Shown: piece after piece, positions 30,947 through 42,233 of the stretch | How the letters are laid out: each line of letters begins with the position of its first letter | How positions within the stretch are numbered: the stretch's first letter is position 1 | Assembly: GCA_965220415.1 (NCBI GenBank) | Contig: OZ244829.1 | Location: 2,283,337 to 2,347,336, forward strand | Length of the DNA stretch: 64,000 bases | Source of the DNA: Candidatus Poribacteria bacterium | GTDB taxonomy: Bacteria; Poribacteria; WGA-4E; JAJDTR01 | Reading direction: 5' to 3' | Program-made: the position numbers and the translations under genes | Notes under the pieces: generated by a model | What the model was told of the DNA's origin: nothing | What the model saw: the letters and a program-made list of their open reading frames with translations, nothing else | The model's database searches: none

Positions 30947-32188
30947 TCACGCACCGTTATATTTACGAATGGCGATTGACGTGTTGTGACCTCCAAAACC
31001 GAAAGCGTTGGACAACGCAACTTGAATATCGGCAGGACGTCCCTCATTGGGGACATAATCCAGATCGCAGTCAGGATCGGGGGTTTCGTAGTTTATGGTG
31101 GGAGGGACATAGCCTTTCTCAAGCGCGCGCACGGTAGCAATCAGCTCAACCGCCCCAGCGGCTCCTAGCAGGTGCCCCATCATTGATTTGGTTGAACTCA
31201 CGGCAATCCGTTTCGCGTGAGAGCCGAACAAGCTCTTAATTGCGAGGGTTTCAGCAACATCTCCCGCTGGTGTCGAGGTGCCATGCGCATTGATGTAGTC
31301 AACCTCCTCCAACTCGGCAGCGCCATCCTTCAAAGCGAATTCCATCGCCTTCGAAGCGCCCTCGCCATCTTCGCCGGGATGCACCATGTCATAGGCATCA
31401 GAACTCATGCCGTAGCCCACAACTTCCGCGTAGATACGCGCGTCACGATTCAGCGCGTGAGTCAGGGATTCCAGCACCAATACCCCCGCGCCTTCCCCCA
31501 TCACGAAACCGTCCCGATCTTTATCGAACGGACGACTCGCGCGCTCTGGATCGCCGTTGCGCACCGACATCGCACGCATGCTGCAAAACCCCGCAAAACT
31601 TAGCGGCGTAACCGCGGCTTCCGTGCCACCGGTGAACATCACATCGGCATCTCCACGCTGAACGATTCGATACGCCTCGCCAATCGAATTGTTGGCTGTG
31701 GCACATGCAGTGACCGACGCGAAGTTGGGTCCCTTGAGTTTCAGGTGGATGGAGATTTGTCCCGCCGCCATGTTGATAATCTCGTACGGCACAAAGAAAG
31801 GGCTGACACGGCTAGGGCCCTTTTCTAACAGAGCGCGGGCATTGTCTTCAAGGACGCTAATGCCCCCGATGCCGGAGCCCACGCCAACACCCGCACGGTA
31901 CGGATCAGAATCGGACAGATCCAAATCTGCATCCTGTTGCGCCATCATTGCCGCAACAAGAGCATACTGGATGACTAAGGGGAAACGCTTCGCAGCTTTC
32001 GGCGACAGGTATGCTTCCGGTTCAAACCCTTTAACCTCGCCGCCTATTTGTGTCCGAAAGTCCTCAGGATCGAAATAGGTGACGCGGTTTATGCCGCTCT
32101 TTCCCGCTGCGAGTGACGCCCAAAATTCCTCCTTCGAGTTTCCAACAGGGCTAATAACGCCAAGTCCGGTAATAACTACGCGCTCCAC
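30947..32188 (-). CDS. fabF: 3-oxoacyl-ACP synthase II
   Basis: [25 protein letters not shown]. Confidence 0.96.
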   Translation of the reverse strand: MERVVITGLGVISPVGNSKEEFWASLAAGKSGINRVTYFDPEDFRTQIGGEVKGFEPEAYLSPKAAKRFPLVIQYALVAAMMAQQDADLDLSDSDPYRAGVGVGSGIGGISVLEDNARALLEKGPSRVSPFFVPYEIINMAAGQISIHLKLKGPNFASVTACATANNSIGEAYRIVQRGDADVMFTGGTEAAVTPLSFAGFCSMRAMSVRNGDPERASRPFDKDRDGFVMGEGAGVLVLESLTHALNRDARIYAEVVGYGMSSDAYDMVHPGEDGEGASKAMEFALKDGAAELEEVDYINAHGTSTPAGDVAETLAIKSLFGSHAKRIAVSSTKSMMGHLLGAAGAVELIATVRALEKGYVPPTINYETPDPDCDLDYVPNEGRPADIQVALSNAFGFGGHNTSIAIRKYNGA

Positions 32189-32276
32189 AGGCTACACCCC
32201 TTCTTCAATCGACAGATGCCAATTCAACGTTTCGCGTTTTAGAGGGTGCCCACAAGGGGCAAATCAACGCACTTCG

Positions 32277-32513
32277 CTATTCAGTGTGTGATTCCATGTA
32301 ATCAAGTGCATCCTGAACGGTCCGAATCTTCTCGGCTTCGCTGTCGGGGATTTCCATGTCAAATTCCTCCTCAAGCGCCATAATCAATTCGACCGTGTCC
32401 AGAGAATCAGCTCCGAGATCATCCATGAACGATGCATCGGGAGTGACCTGATCCTCGTCAATCTGCAATTGTTCAGCAATAATCGTGACAATTTTATCCT
32501 TATCTAATGCCAT
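32277..32513 (-). CDS. acpP: Acyl carrier protein
   Basis: [20 protein letters not shown]. Confidence 0.97.
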   Translation of the reverse strand: MALDKDKIVTIIAEQLQIDEDQVTPDASFMDDLGADSLDTVELIMALEEEFDMEIPDSEAEKIRTVQDALDYMESHTE

Positions 32514-32593
32514 GAGTTCTATTTAACCTCCTAGGGTATTGAGAATTACGGCTTTAAAACCGATTTCAAATTCCCGATTGTTAGACAACCGGT

Positions 32594-33334
32594 TTACATA
32601 ACCATTCCGCCATCAACTTGGATGGCTTGACCTGTGATATATCGAGACGCATCAGAAGCAAGGAACAGCGCCAATTCCGCTACATCTTCCGGTGTACCGA
32701 ATGTGGCTAACGGAATCATGGCTCGGATACGCTCCTGATCCGTCTCTGAAAAAGCGGCAGTCATGTCCGTAGTAATGAAGCCGGGGGCGATCGCGTTCAC
32801 AGTGATGCCCCGACTGCCAATCTCCTTCGCCATTGATTTTGTTAGACCAATAATGCCGGCTTTGGATGCCGCATAGTTGGCTTGACCCGCATTGCCCATC
32901 AGTCCAATGACCGAGGACACATTGATAATTCTACCACTTTTCTGACGCATCATTGTCCGAAGTACCGCCCGAGCGCAGTACATCGTGCCTGTCAGGTTGG
33001 CATGGAGGACGGTTTCCCAGTCCTCATCCTTCATGCGCATCAGCAGAGTATCCCGGGTAATGCCCGCATTATTTACCAAAATGTCTATGCGTGAGAACTC
33101 CTTAAGTGTTAAATCTACCAACGTTTCGACATCGCTTTTCTGTGACACGTCCGCCTGCGCGAACTTCGCACTAAAACCTTTCTCCACCAATGCGTCCGCA
33201 ACCCCGGCAACCGATGCCTCGGAACGCGAGCAAAGCATTACACTTGCTCCTTCCTCACAAAACTTCCCGGAAATTGCGGCGCCAATGCCACGCGAGGCAC
33301 CAGTAACTATTGCGACCTTTTTATGAAGTTGCAT
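32594..33334 (-). CDS. fabG: 3-oxoacyl-ACP reductase
   Basis: TGASRGIG, NNAGITRD, YAASK; operon context. Confidence 0.95.
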   Translation of the reverse strand: MQLHKKVAIVTGASRGIGAAISGKFCEEGASVMLCSRSEASVAGVADALVEKGFSAKFAQADVSQKSDVETLVDLTLKEFSRIDILVNNAGITRDTLLMRMKDEDWETVLHANLTGTMYCARAVLRTMMRQKSGRIINVSSVIGLMGNAGQANYAASKAGIIGLTKSMAKEIGSRGITVNAIAPGFITTDMTAAFSETDQERIRAMIPLATFGTPEDVAELALFLASDASRYITGQAIQVDGGMVM

Positions 33335-33339
33335 TTGGA

Positions 33340-34281
33340 TTAGTTGGATTTGATTGATTCTACAGTTTTCTTGAGGCTCTTCACATCCTCTACATTTAAA
33401 CAAATTGCATCGTCAAGGATGCGGCGAACCATTCCACAAAGGATTTTGCCAGGACCAAGTTCCACAAAATGCGAAACGCCGGAACCGCCAATCAATCGAA
33501 TCGATTTTTCCCACTGAACCGGGCTGGTGACTTGAGTAACCAGCAGTTGGCGAATCTCATCGGGCGTGGACACGTAACCGCCTGTGACATTTGCGACGAA
33601 TTCCGTCCGCGGGGGCTGAAATTCGAAATCGTCAATTACCGAGTGGAGTTGTATAGATGCCGGTTTCATCAGTGCCGAATGAAACGCACCACTGACGGCG
33701 AGCAAGCGACAGCGTTTGGCGCCTACCGCTTCCGCACCCCTCTCGACAACTTTCTCCACCGCCGCCGCGTCGCCCGAAATGATTAACTGCCCCGGGCAAT
33801 TGTAATTCGCAACTTGTACGACACCGACCGACTGCGCTTCCTCGCAGAATTTATTAAGCGTCCCCTCATCCAGTCCCAGGACCGCTGCCATGGCGCATGC
33901 TTGACGTCCGGAGGCTTCAGCCATGAAACGTGAGCGGTACTGCACAAGCTCCAATGCCTCTTCGAAGCTGATCGCGTTCGCTGCGACCAATGCGGAATAC
34001 TCTCCCAAACTGTGGCCTGCCGCAACGCGTGGGGACATGCCGAGTTCCTGTACGACCCTCAACGCCGCGATGCTGCACGTCAGAACGGCAAGCTGCGTGT
34101 TTTCGGTTTGCCGTAGTGCTTCCTCAGGTCCCTCAAAGCAGAGTTGGCTTAATTTCCGGTTTAGAACCGCGTCTGCTTCATCAAACGTAGCGCGCGCCGC
34201 AGGATAGGCTCTTGCGAGTTCCAATCCCATACCTACCTGCTGCGACCCTTGACCTGGAAAAATAAAGGCAAGTTCAGGCAT
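33340..34281 (-). CDS. fabD: Malonyl-CoA:ACP transacylase
   Basis: FPGQGSQ, GHSLGE, GAFHS. Confidence 0.96.
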   Translation of the reverse strand: MPELAFIFPGQGSQQVGMGLELARAYPAARATFDEADAVLNRKLSQLCFEGPEEALRQTENTQLAVLTCSIAALRVVQELGMSPRVAAGHSLGEYSALVAANAISFEEALELVQYRSRFMAEASGRQACAMAAVLGLDEGTLNKFCEEAQSVGVVQVANYNCPGQLIISGDAAAVEKVVERGAEAVGAKRCRLLAVSGAFHSALMKPASIQLHSVIDDFEFQPPRTEFVANVTGGYVSTPDEIRQLLVTQVTSPVQWEKSIRLIGGSGVSHFVELGPGKILCGMVRRILDDAICLNVEDVKSLKKTVESIKSN

Positions 34282-34358
34282 ATAACCATATAGACGTGGG
34301 CGAAAAGTCAATTAGTCCAGAGCAAAACTGGTAGAATCACGGGCTCCGACGTCGCGTC

Positions 34359-35348
34359 CTAAAGTTTCAGCAGCGTACTTCCCCACGTAAGTCCTGCCCC
34401 AAATGTAACTAGAAGGATGTTGTCTCCCGGTTTTGCCCGTCCCTCGCGTATGGCTTCATCAAGCGCGATTATCACCGTTGCCGCGGAGGTATTCCCGTAT
34501 CTGTCGACATTGACGTACACCTTTTCGCGAGGAAAACCGAGTCGCTCCCCGACTGCTTCAATAATCCGTAGGTTCGCCTGATGCGGAATCAACAGATCGA
34601 TATCGTCTATCGTGAGTCCCGCCTGCTTCAAGACACGTTGAGCAGATTCGGGCATGATGCGTACTCCAAGCTTGAAAACTTCTCGACCGCTCATCTTTAT
34701 CGCATGCAGGTTTTGATCTATTGTCTCATGCGACGGAGGCAAACGAGACCCGCCGGCTGGTATGCCCAGTAAATCGATATCCGCATTGTCGCCGTCCGAT
34801 CCGATATACGATGCAATGATTCCTCTCGGCTCATCCGTCCCACGCAGCACTGCGGCACCGGCGCCATCGCCAAAAAGTACACAAGTACCTCGATCTGTCC
34901 AGTCAAGAATTTTACTGAAGACCTCACCACCAATTATTAGAACGGTGTTGTAGCGCCCCGACTTAATCATACCATCCGCAAGGTCAAGTCCATAGACAAA
35001 ACCGGCGCATGCCGCGGAAAGGTCGAAAGCACACGCATTCTTCGCGCCGATTCCTTGTTGGACATAGCAACTTGTCGCCGGAAAGAGGGTATCGGGCGTC
35101 ACTGTCCCAACAATTATCATCTCAATGTCGAGGGGGTCTACTTCAGCCGTTTTGATGGCTTGTCGAGCAGCGTGAACCGCCAGATCGGACGTAGCCATGT
35201 CGTTGTCGGAAATACGTCGCTCCACTATCCCCGTTCGTTTGCGAATCCATTCATCGCTCGTATCGACAATCTTTTCAAGGTCGAAGTTCGTCAAAACTGT
35301 CTCCGGGACATACGAACCGGTCCCGGCAATTGCAGCATATCGAGCCAT
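34359..35348 (-). CDS. fabH: 3-oxoacyl-ACP synthase III
   Basis: AACAGF, PHQAN, GNTSAA, GAGLTWG. Confidence 0.96.
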   Translation of the reverse strand: MARYAAIAGTGSYVPETVLTNFDLEKIVDTSDEWIRKRTGIVERRISDNDMATSDLAVHAARQAIKTAEVDPLDIEMIIVGTVTPDTLFPATSCYVQQGIGAKNACAFDLSAACAGFVYGLDLADGMIKSGRYNTVLIIGGEVFSKILDWTDRGTCVLFGDGAGAAVLRGTDEPRGIIASYIGSDGDNADIDLLGIPAGGSRLPPSHETIDQNLHAIKMSGREVFKLGVRIMPESAQRVLKQAGLTIDDIDLLIPHQANLRIIEAVGERLGFPREKVYVNVDRYGNTSAATVIIALDEAIREGRAKPGDNILLVTFGAGLTWGSTLLKL

Positions 35349-35476
35349 TCTGATTCCTTATCCTAATCCTATATTGTTACTCTGTTATCTGTAGATGGTT
35401 GCAATGCGGGGTTAGTGTTTTGCGTCAGTACTCGACCTTTACTCTGGCTGCGAGCAATCAGCAACCCTTCGGCTAC

Positions 35477-35677
35477 CTATGCTGACTCCTCAACGGTTTC
35501 CTCAACGATGGGTCTACCGTTGTAATAGCCGCAACTCGGGCACATACGATGGGACATGATTGTTTCTGCACAGTTTGGGCACGTCGGAAATCTGAAGAAT
35601 GGGAAACCTCGCAAGGCGTAATGGCTCCTTCGCATTTTTTTCTTTGACTTTGAAGTTCGGCGTTTTGGATGTGCCAT
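35477..35677 (-). CDS. rpmF: 50S ribosomal protein L32
   Basis: MAHPKRRTSKSKKKMRR, CPNC...CPSCGYY. Confidence 0.95.
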   Translation of the reverse strand: MAHPKRRTSKSKKKMRRSHYALRGFPFFRFPTCPNCAETIMSHRMCPSCGYYNGRPIVEETVEESA

Positions 35678-35817
35678 TTCTTTATGGGTTCAAGAATGAA
35701 CCGATTTACCTCCTTTACATAAAACTCATGGTTGCTACATTCTGAATGTAATTACTACACAACGTCAATAGGGCAAACAATTAACTACCGAGAGTATTCA
35801 CATATTAAATAACCTGT

Positions 35818-36047
35818 TATGCTCCGCGCTGTCAGAAATAGCGTCTTCTGTAGGATCAAGCACGCGAATAGCACGCGCGATAGAGATCCCCGCGATAGTA
35901 GACCCCGTGCGATAGAGATTCCGCGATCTCCAGGTCGCGAACCCTTGTACGACGGAACTCCGATTCCCGACATGCTGGTGCTACGTAAGTCCTATTAGAA
36001 ACAATTATCACTGAAAAAAAGCGTAATAATACCCAACGCAAAGTATA
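35818..36047 (+). mobile_element. MITE family A, copy 3, with one 36-nt element plus two extra 3' tails (35855-35922)
   Basis: Same body as 24130; gtagg[atcaagcacgcg...gatccc cgcgatagtagacccc gtgcgatagagattcc]gcgatctcc; lies between yceD and rpmF. Confidence 0.88.
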
Positions 36048-36107
36048 TATCTCGTCCTTACATTGGATAGGAAACCGGTCGCGATTCGGAGATCGCTCCT
36101 ACATCGA

Positions 36108-36656
36108 TTACAAAGGTTGTTTATCCTCCATTTTGTCGGACCACAAATCTGATAATGCTGAAAAGGGCGACGACGACTCTGCGGCATCACGGCAGTCGCA
36201 TTCATTGGTATTGAGATTTGTGCCGCAACTCGCGCACAACCCTTTACACGACTCCGAGCAGAGTGCCCACACCGGAATTTCTAATACGAGTCCTTGGCAA
36301 GCATCTTCCGACAAGTCAATCACTTCACCCGAATAGTGCCGTTCCCCGGCATCAACCAACCTCGGATCCATTTTTTCGGGGTCATCGACTTGGCAGAACT
36401 GCAACTCTACATCTGCTACAATTTCGGTTTCAAGCGATTCTATGCACCGACGGCATTCCACCACAAGTGATGTCGAAAATTGCGCTTTTGTGTAAATATT
36501 CTGATCATGGCGCAAAAACTGGATACGGCTATGCACAAGGGAAACAGTTTTGAAATCTTCGCCCATTAGACCGATTTCCGCGGGCGAAATTTGGAGTTCG
36601 CGGATGATGGGATTATCTTCGGGAATCTCCGTGACCGTGAACTCTAACCCTTTCAT
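36108..36656 (-). CDS. yceD: DUF177/YceD family protein
   Basis: CRRC and LCSESCKGLCASCGTNLN..CDC; upstream of rpmF. Confidence 0.9.
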   Translation of the reverse strand: MKGLEFTVTEIPEDNPIIRELQISPAEIGLMGEDFKTVSLVHSRIQFLRHDQNIYTKAQFSTSLVVECRRCIESLETEIVADVELQFCQVDDPEKMDPRLVDAGERHYSGEVIDLSEDACQGLVLEIPVWALCSESCKGLCASCGTNLNTNECDCRDAAESSSPFSALSDLWSDKMEDKQPL

Positions 36657-37885
36657 GATGCAATGTTTCCCAGTTCAAATTCGTCGTGCACCGCGCGCAC
36701 TGCCCGTTCCGTGTGCCGTTCATCAATCGCACAGGATATCTTAATCTCCGAAGTGCTTATCATCTGAATATTCACACCTTCCTCCCCAAGTGCGCTGAAC
36801 ATCCGCGCGGCAATGCCAACATGACTCTGCATTCCGATTCCGATTGCCGATATTTTCGCGATAGTCTTGTCGGTACTGATACTCCGAAAACCCATGTTCG
36901 ATCTCAGGCTTTCCACTATTCCGAGTGTTGGCGCCAAATCTTTTTCGGCGACCGTGAATGAAATATCAGCAGTCTCGTCTTGACCCGCATTTTGAATAAT
37001 CATGTCGATGTTGATGTTGGCATCTGCAACCTTCTGGAAGATTTGAGCGGCGATTCCCGGAGTGTCCGGCAAGCCAAGCAGCGAGATTTTTGCCTGGTCT
37101 TTGTCTGATGTCACACCACTAATAACAACCTCCTCTATCATGTCACTGTCCTTTACAACCATCGTGCCTTCATCTTCACCGAAACTGGATCGAACATGGA
37201 GCGGAACATCGAATTTTTTCGCAATTTCCACCGACCGAGAATGTAGCACTTTCGCCCCGAGCTGCGCCATTTCGAACATCTCATCATACGTAATTCGACT
37301 CAACTTCCGTGCGTTCGGGACGACACGCGGATCCGCGGTGTAGACACCGTCGACGTCCGTATAAATTTCGCATCGATCAGCGCCCAGTGTCGCTGCAACT
37401 GCGGTAGCCGTGGTGTCGGAGGCGCCACGTCCAAGCGTAGTGATTTCATTGTCAATACTGACACCCTGAAACCCAGCCAGAATAACGACTTTTCCCTGAT
37501 TGAGTTCCGAAAGGATTCGCGTGTCGTTAATATGCTGAATCCGCGCCTCGCTGTAGAAGCCGCCGGTAACTATGCCCACCTGCGTTCCTGTGAGAGATAT
37601 GGCTTGATACCCAAGTTCCGATACCGCCATGGCAAGTAGCGCAATCGAGACCTGTTCGCCCGTGGACAGGAGCATCGCTAGCTCGCGGTCAGGGGGATTG
37701 GCGGATATCTCATGCGCCAGAAAAGTCAGTCGATCGGTTGTGTCCCCCATTGCTGAAACTACGACAGCGACTTGATGCCCCTCCTCATGTGTCCGCACAA
37801 TACGCTTGGCGACGTTTTTGACTCTTGTTGCATCGGCAACAGACGTGCCGCCGAATTTCTGAACGATAATCCCCACGCCTAGCAC
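36653..37885 (-). CDS. lysC: Aspartate kinase
   Basis: VQKFGGTSV, TTLGRGASD, DVDGVYTADPR, two ACT domains. Confidence 0.93.
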   Translation of the reverse strand: MLGVGIIVQKFGGTSVADATRVKNVAKRIVRTHEEGHQVAVVVSAMGDTTDRLTFLAHEISANPPDRELAMLLSTGEQVSIALLAMAVSELGYQAISLTGTQVGIVTGGFYSEARIQHINDTRILSELNQGKVVILAGFQGVSIDNEITTLGRGASDTTATAVAATLGADRCEIYTDVDGVYTADPRVVPNARKLSRITYDEMFEMAQLGAKVLHSRSVEIAKKFDVPLHVRSSFGEDEGTMVVKDSDMIEEVVISGVTSDKDQAKISLLGLPDTPGIAAQIFQKVADANINIDMIIQNAGQDETADISFTVAEKDLAPTLGIVESLRSNMGFRSISTDKTIAKISAIGIGMQSHVGIAARMFSALGEEGVNIQMISTSEIKISCAIDERHTERAVRAVHDEFELGNIAS

Positions 37886-37945
37886 TCTCTTCCGCGGTCG
37901 GATTCCGACGTGAACCTTTTGTTCAATGCTACTACAGCGAAAATC

Positions 37946-39271
37946 TCAGAACGCGACCTCTTCCTCAATCCTGATGAGTTGACTCGCCCCTTTAACGACA
38001 TCAAGTGCGTCAATCTCTTTCATCGCAAACCGCATATTCTTCTCGGATGCCATGTGAGTAACAATAACAAGGGACGCCGTCTCATCAGTTTCATAGCGTT
38101 CTTTTTGGATAACCGATGCGATGCTGATACGATGCTCACCCAGAATACTACTAATTTGTGCCAAAACTCCCGGTTTATCTTGCACAACCAAGCGAATGTA
38201 GTAACGTGTCTCAATGTCGTCAATAGGACAAAGCGAGACTTCCGGTTTTGCATCAGTTCGCCAAGCACGTGAAACCCGTGAATCCCTGTCGCCCAAAATC
38301 GACTTCCCGGCATCAATGATATCGGCTACGACCGCGCTCGCTGTCGGCATTTCTCCTGCGCCCTGACCGTAGAACAGCGTAGGTCCAACGGCATCTCCGA
38401 TAACGCATACGGCGTTGAAAGCGCCACTGACATTTGCCAGCAGACTTTGCATCGGCAACAACGTAGGATGAACGCGAATCTCAACGCTTTTTGCCGAATT
38501 CAACTTGCCAATGGCGAGGAGTTTAATGACATAGCCGAGTTCCCGGGCATATTGAATGTCCTGCTGGGTGATTTTCGTAATTCCTTCGACGTGAATATGT
38601 TCCGATGGAGCATTCATACCGTAGGCGAGAGCGGTAAGGAGGAGGAGTTTCTGAGCGGCATCATGTCCCTCTATATCAAGTGTTGGGTCGGCTTCCGCGT
38701 ATCCTTTGGCTTGGGCCTCCTTCAGGACGACCTCGAAATCTACGCCGCCTTCATGCATTTGACTCAGTATATAATTACACGTACCGTTAATAATGCCGTA
38801 AAGCGATTGGATGCGATTAGCGGCGAAACTCTCCTTCAACGTCTTTATAATCGGGATACCGCCCGCTGTACTTGCCTCAAAATTTAGACTGACGCGATTT
38901 TCATCGGCAAGTCGAAACAACTCTCCCCCATGTTCAGCCAGCAAAGCTTTGTTTGCGGTGACGACGTGTTTGCCGTTCTGAAGGGCTCTCCCAATAAAAT
39001 CACGCGAGTCGGTTACACCTCCGATGAGTTCAACGACAATATCGATTTCCGGGTTGTCAACCACTTCGCTAGGGTCCGTGGTCAAACAGTCGTCCGGCAA
39101 TTCAACTCCGGGACGCAGGGTAGGGAGTGTACGCTTCGCGATTTTTTTCAATCGCAGTTCAACGCCTGCATTTAGTGAAATGAGACCACTTTGGCCCAAT
39201 AAAATCTTGGAGACTCCCGTTCCAACAGTTCCCCAACCAAGCAGCCCAACATTGATACTGGATTTGTCCAC
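37946..39271 (-). CDS. hom: Homoserine dehydrogenase
   Basis: GWGTVG, VTANKA, GYAEADP, C-terminal ACT domain. Confidence 0.95.
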   Translation of the reverse strand: MDKSSINVGLLGWGTVGTGVSKILLGQSGLISLNAGVELRLKKIAKRTLPTLRPGVELPDDCLTTDPSEVVDNPEIDIVVELIGGVTDSRDFIGRALQNGKHVVTANKALLAEHGGELFRLADENRVSLNFEASTAGGIPIIKTLKESFAANRIQSLYGIINGTCNYILSQMHEGGVDFEVVLKEAQAKGYAEADPTLDIEGHDAAQKLLLLTALAYGMNAPSEHIHVEGITKITQQDIQYARELGYVIKLLAIGKLNSAKSVEIRVHPTLLPMQSLLANVSGAFNAVCVIGDAVGPTLFYGQGAGEMPTASAVVADIIDAGKSILGDRDSRVSRAWRTDAKPEVSLCPIDDIETRYYIRLVVQDKPGVLAQISSILGEHRISIASVIQKERYETDETASLVIVTHMASEKNMRFAMKEIDALDVVKGASQLIRIEEEVAF

Positions 39272-39603
39272 TAATGTACGATTCCTATTTTAATTAAGTG
39301 TCGTCGGTCTTTCCCGCAAAACGGATCTGCCAATCGGCATCGTTCCCGCCACATCGGCGCCAAATACCAATTGGTATATTAACAGCGTAGCTAATCGCAT
39401 GGATTCCGATGGAAATATAGAGGTGGGGTTGGCATCGGAGATTACGCTGCCTTTGATGGAAATCAATCCATTTTTAAGGAAAACGAGCGGTCAACGTTAT
39501 AGGGCTGAACTGTCAGGAAAGAGACCTATAATCGCTATCGGATGCTTTGAGCAATCCAAAAAATTCTGGTAGTTTCAGGTTGGCGCCCCATTCGTTTCGA
39601 AAG

Positions 39604-39677
39604 TCGGGGCGACTGGATTCGAACCAGCGACCTCTTGAACCCCATTCAAGCGCGCTTCCGGACTGCGCCACGCCCCG
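39604..39677 (-). tRNA. tRNA-Pro(GGG), CCA not encoded
   Basis: CGGGGCG/CGCCCCG acceptor stem, CTTGA-ATGGGGT-TCAAG anticodon arm, GGTTCGAATCC. Confidence 0.95.
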
Positions 39678-39706
39678 TCTAATCTTCAACTCAAAAATCC
39701 GCGTGA

Positions 39707-39735
39707 ATATTAACATTCACATTGGCGCATGTCAA
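39707..39735 (-). promoter_or_regulatory. Sigma70-like promoter of tRNA-Pro
   Basis: TTGACA-N17-TAATAT on the minus strand. Confidence 0.6.
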
Positions 39736-39907
39736 GAGAAAATAACTAATCGACAGAGTAATCGTATCTTGAGAGTAGTCGTGTGAGCGTCTCTACCTCA
39801 CTCCCGACCACGTATGCATTGAATGGAAAAAGGTAACTGTTTAGTCTATCAATCTGTTTTGGGAATGTTGGTTCGTCGTGCTGCAGTTTAATTCCTGTCC
39901 CTACACC

Positions 39908-40022
39908 ATCAAGCGAACGATCAAGCGACTGAATAAGGAGCGCGATAGATGTCCCATAGAGATCCCTGAGCGTAATGTAGGAGCGATCAAGCGACTGATT
40001 AAGGAGTGCGATAGTAAATCCC
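39908..40022 (+). mobile_element. Cluster of 36-nt hairpin elements (nested pair 39908-39966; single copy 39986-40022 in a GTAGGAGCG REP)
   Basis: gtaggagcg[atcaagcgactgattaaggagtgcgatagtaaatccc]tctccaggtcgcga. Confidence 0.85.
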
Positions 40023-40490
40023 TCTCCAGGTCGCGATTTCCTGTTGGCGCGTAAATTCTGGACTGAACTAAATAACCCAAGTTGCCACCTTTGTAGCACG
40101 ATCTGTTAGATTGTGCCTTTGGTGCGTAACTGGTGCGCAAACTGAAAGTTTGCGCTACGAAATCTCCGCGATTAATGGGCCATTTTCAATAAAAAACGAT
40201 GGTACATGTCCAAAATCTTGTAAGTGGCAACTTGCGTTAAATAATTACGAAAAAAGAAATCGGTAAGAGCGGTAGCCTATGACGAGTAATAGCAGTGGTA
40301 AGCAGAGAGCAGGGAACGCAAATCTACGTGCCCTACAGTTTGAGGTGCGTAAGCCACACAGCACTGTACAGGTGTCGCTCCGAGAGGGCTTAGATTCGTT
40401 AGAAGTAGGGAATGAATCGTCTTTCTTTTCGACGGAACAGCAGGGACAACCCGATGCGTAGCCAGTCTGTCCTGTGGAATCAGTAGATTA

Positions 40491-42086
40491 TCAATCATCC
40501 GGTGTTAGCCGAATCGGAAGTTTTCCCGGCGCATCGCTTTCGCCCACCATCACTTTAACCGCCGCCAACACGGATTCGTAGTGTGAATCATAGGCGGCGA
40601 GGGAGGCCGACACGCCCGGACATCGTTGAAGAGAATATGGCGATCCGAGCGCCGCAACAACAATGGGCGTTTTTGTTTTCTTGTCGAGTTGGTGAATCAA
40701 TTCCGCCTGTCGGTGATTTGAAATTCCTGCTATGACAACATTCGCAGTATCGGCTTGAAGTGCCAATGTCGGTAAAACCGCTTCAATATTTGGTTCCACC
40801 GGAATCCTCGCGCCACTGCTATTCGCATATCGAACCCGGAGCAGGTTAAATAGCAAAGGCGACGAACTGATAACCAGCGGGGAGGCGCCTGCGTTTAACG
40901 GCAAAATCGCGGATTTGTTTTGGATAATCGTTATCGCCTGCTCGGCAATGGTTGCGGCAATCCTCCGGTGCGCTTGGCTCCCGACCAACTCAATCGCATT
41001 CGCAGAGGTAGCATTTTCCCAATCGAACACTCCAAACGCCTTCTTGTACTTCAGAATGCGTTCAACCGATTGATTGATTCTGTTTTCGGAGATTCTTTCA
41101 CTCTTTACGGCTGAAACGAGTGCGTTGAAAACCTCACGCTGATTCCGGTACCTCCAAAGCGTGAGCACCATGTCTGCTCCCGCCTCAATTGCCATCACTG
41201 CCGCTTCACCCGTTCTATACCGTGTATCAATAGCTTTCATTTCCATGTCGTCCGTAACGACTAATCCATCAAATCCGAGTTCTTCACGCAATAGATTCGT
41301 CAATATTGGTCGCGAGAGCGTCGCCGGACGATCAGCATCCAAAGTCGAATAGGCAATATGGGCAGTCATAATGGCACCGACTTTTGCCTCAATCGCCGCA
41401 TGAAATGGCTTCAGCTCAATGGCTCGAATACGTTCCACGTCGTGCCCAACAGTGGGCAAATTCGTGTGAGAGTCGACGGTCGTGTCGCCGTGTCCGGGAA
41501 AGTGTTTCGCGGTCGCAAGAACGCCAGTCTGCTGCAAGCCTTTGATATATGCACATCCAAGGCGAGAGACCAAGTCCGGACATTCGCCAAAGGAGCGGCG
41601 ATCAATCACGGGATTACGCGGGTTGTTATTGACATCAATAACCGGCGCAAAGTTTAGATTGACGCCGACAGCGGCAAGCTCGATCGCCGTAATCGTTCCC
41701 GCCTGTTCTGCCAATTCTGTCGCCCCTGCCGCGCCCAGCGCCATATTCCCCGGAAGTGCAGTTGCTCCAGTTTTCATCCGGGCGACCCATCCACCTTCCT
41801 GATCTATCGCGATAAATAGCGGGATTTGGTGTTCAGTCTGCCGCGTCAGTTTCTGGAGATCGTTGGTCAACGTAGCTATCTGTCGGGGGGATTGGATATT
41901 CCGCGCGAAAAGCGTTACTCCTCCGACACAGTGTTGGCTGATGTTTGATCGAATGTCGGCGTTGATTCGGGTACCTTCAAAGCCAACAATAATCAACTGT
42001 CCGACCTTTTGTTCAATGGACATTTGTGGGATGAGTTGGTGCATTTCTTCCTCGGTTAGGGCAAGAAACCGGGCGGGTACCGACAA
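40491..42086 (-). CDS. nagZ: GH3 beta-N-acetylhexosaminidase
   Basis: IDQEGG, KHFPGHGDTTVDSH, TDDMEM. Confidence 0.88.
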   Translation of the reverse strand: MSVPARFLALTEEEMHQLIPQMSIEQKVGQLIIVGFEGTRINADIRSNISQHCVGGVTLFARNIQSPRQIATLTNDLQKLTRQTEHQIPLFIAIDQEGGWVARMKTGATALPGNMALGAAGATELAEQAGTITAIELAAVGVNLNFAPVIDVNNNPRNPVIDRRSFGECPDLVSRLGCAYIKGLQQTGVLATAKHFPGHGDTTVDSHTNLPTVGHDVERIRAIELKPFHAAIEAKVGAIMTAHIAYSTLDADRPATLSRPILTNLLREELGFDGLVVTDDMEMKAIDTRYRTGEAAVMAIEAGADMVLTLWRYRNQREVFNALVSAVKSERISENRINQSVERILKYKKAFGVFDWENATSANAIELVGSQAHRRIAATIAEQAITIIQNKSAILPLNAGASPLVISSSPLLFNLLRVRYANSSGARIPVEPNIEAVLPTLALQADTANVVIAGISNHRQAELIHQLDKKTKTPIVVAALGSPYSLQRCPGVSASLAAYDSHYESVLAAVKVMVGESDAPGKLPIRLTPDD

Positions 42087-42233
42087 GTCAAAAATGCGGT
42101 GAAAACAAACTGACTAGGATGCGTGAAGCGCAAAATGTAAGTGCTGAAACCCGTTCGGCGAAACATGGGAACACAACCGCGTAATGCAGTCGATGATGTG
42201 TATTAACTTGTGAACAACCTATCTATCCCGGCT

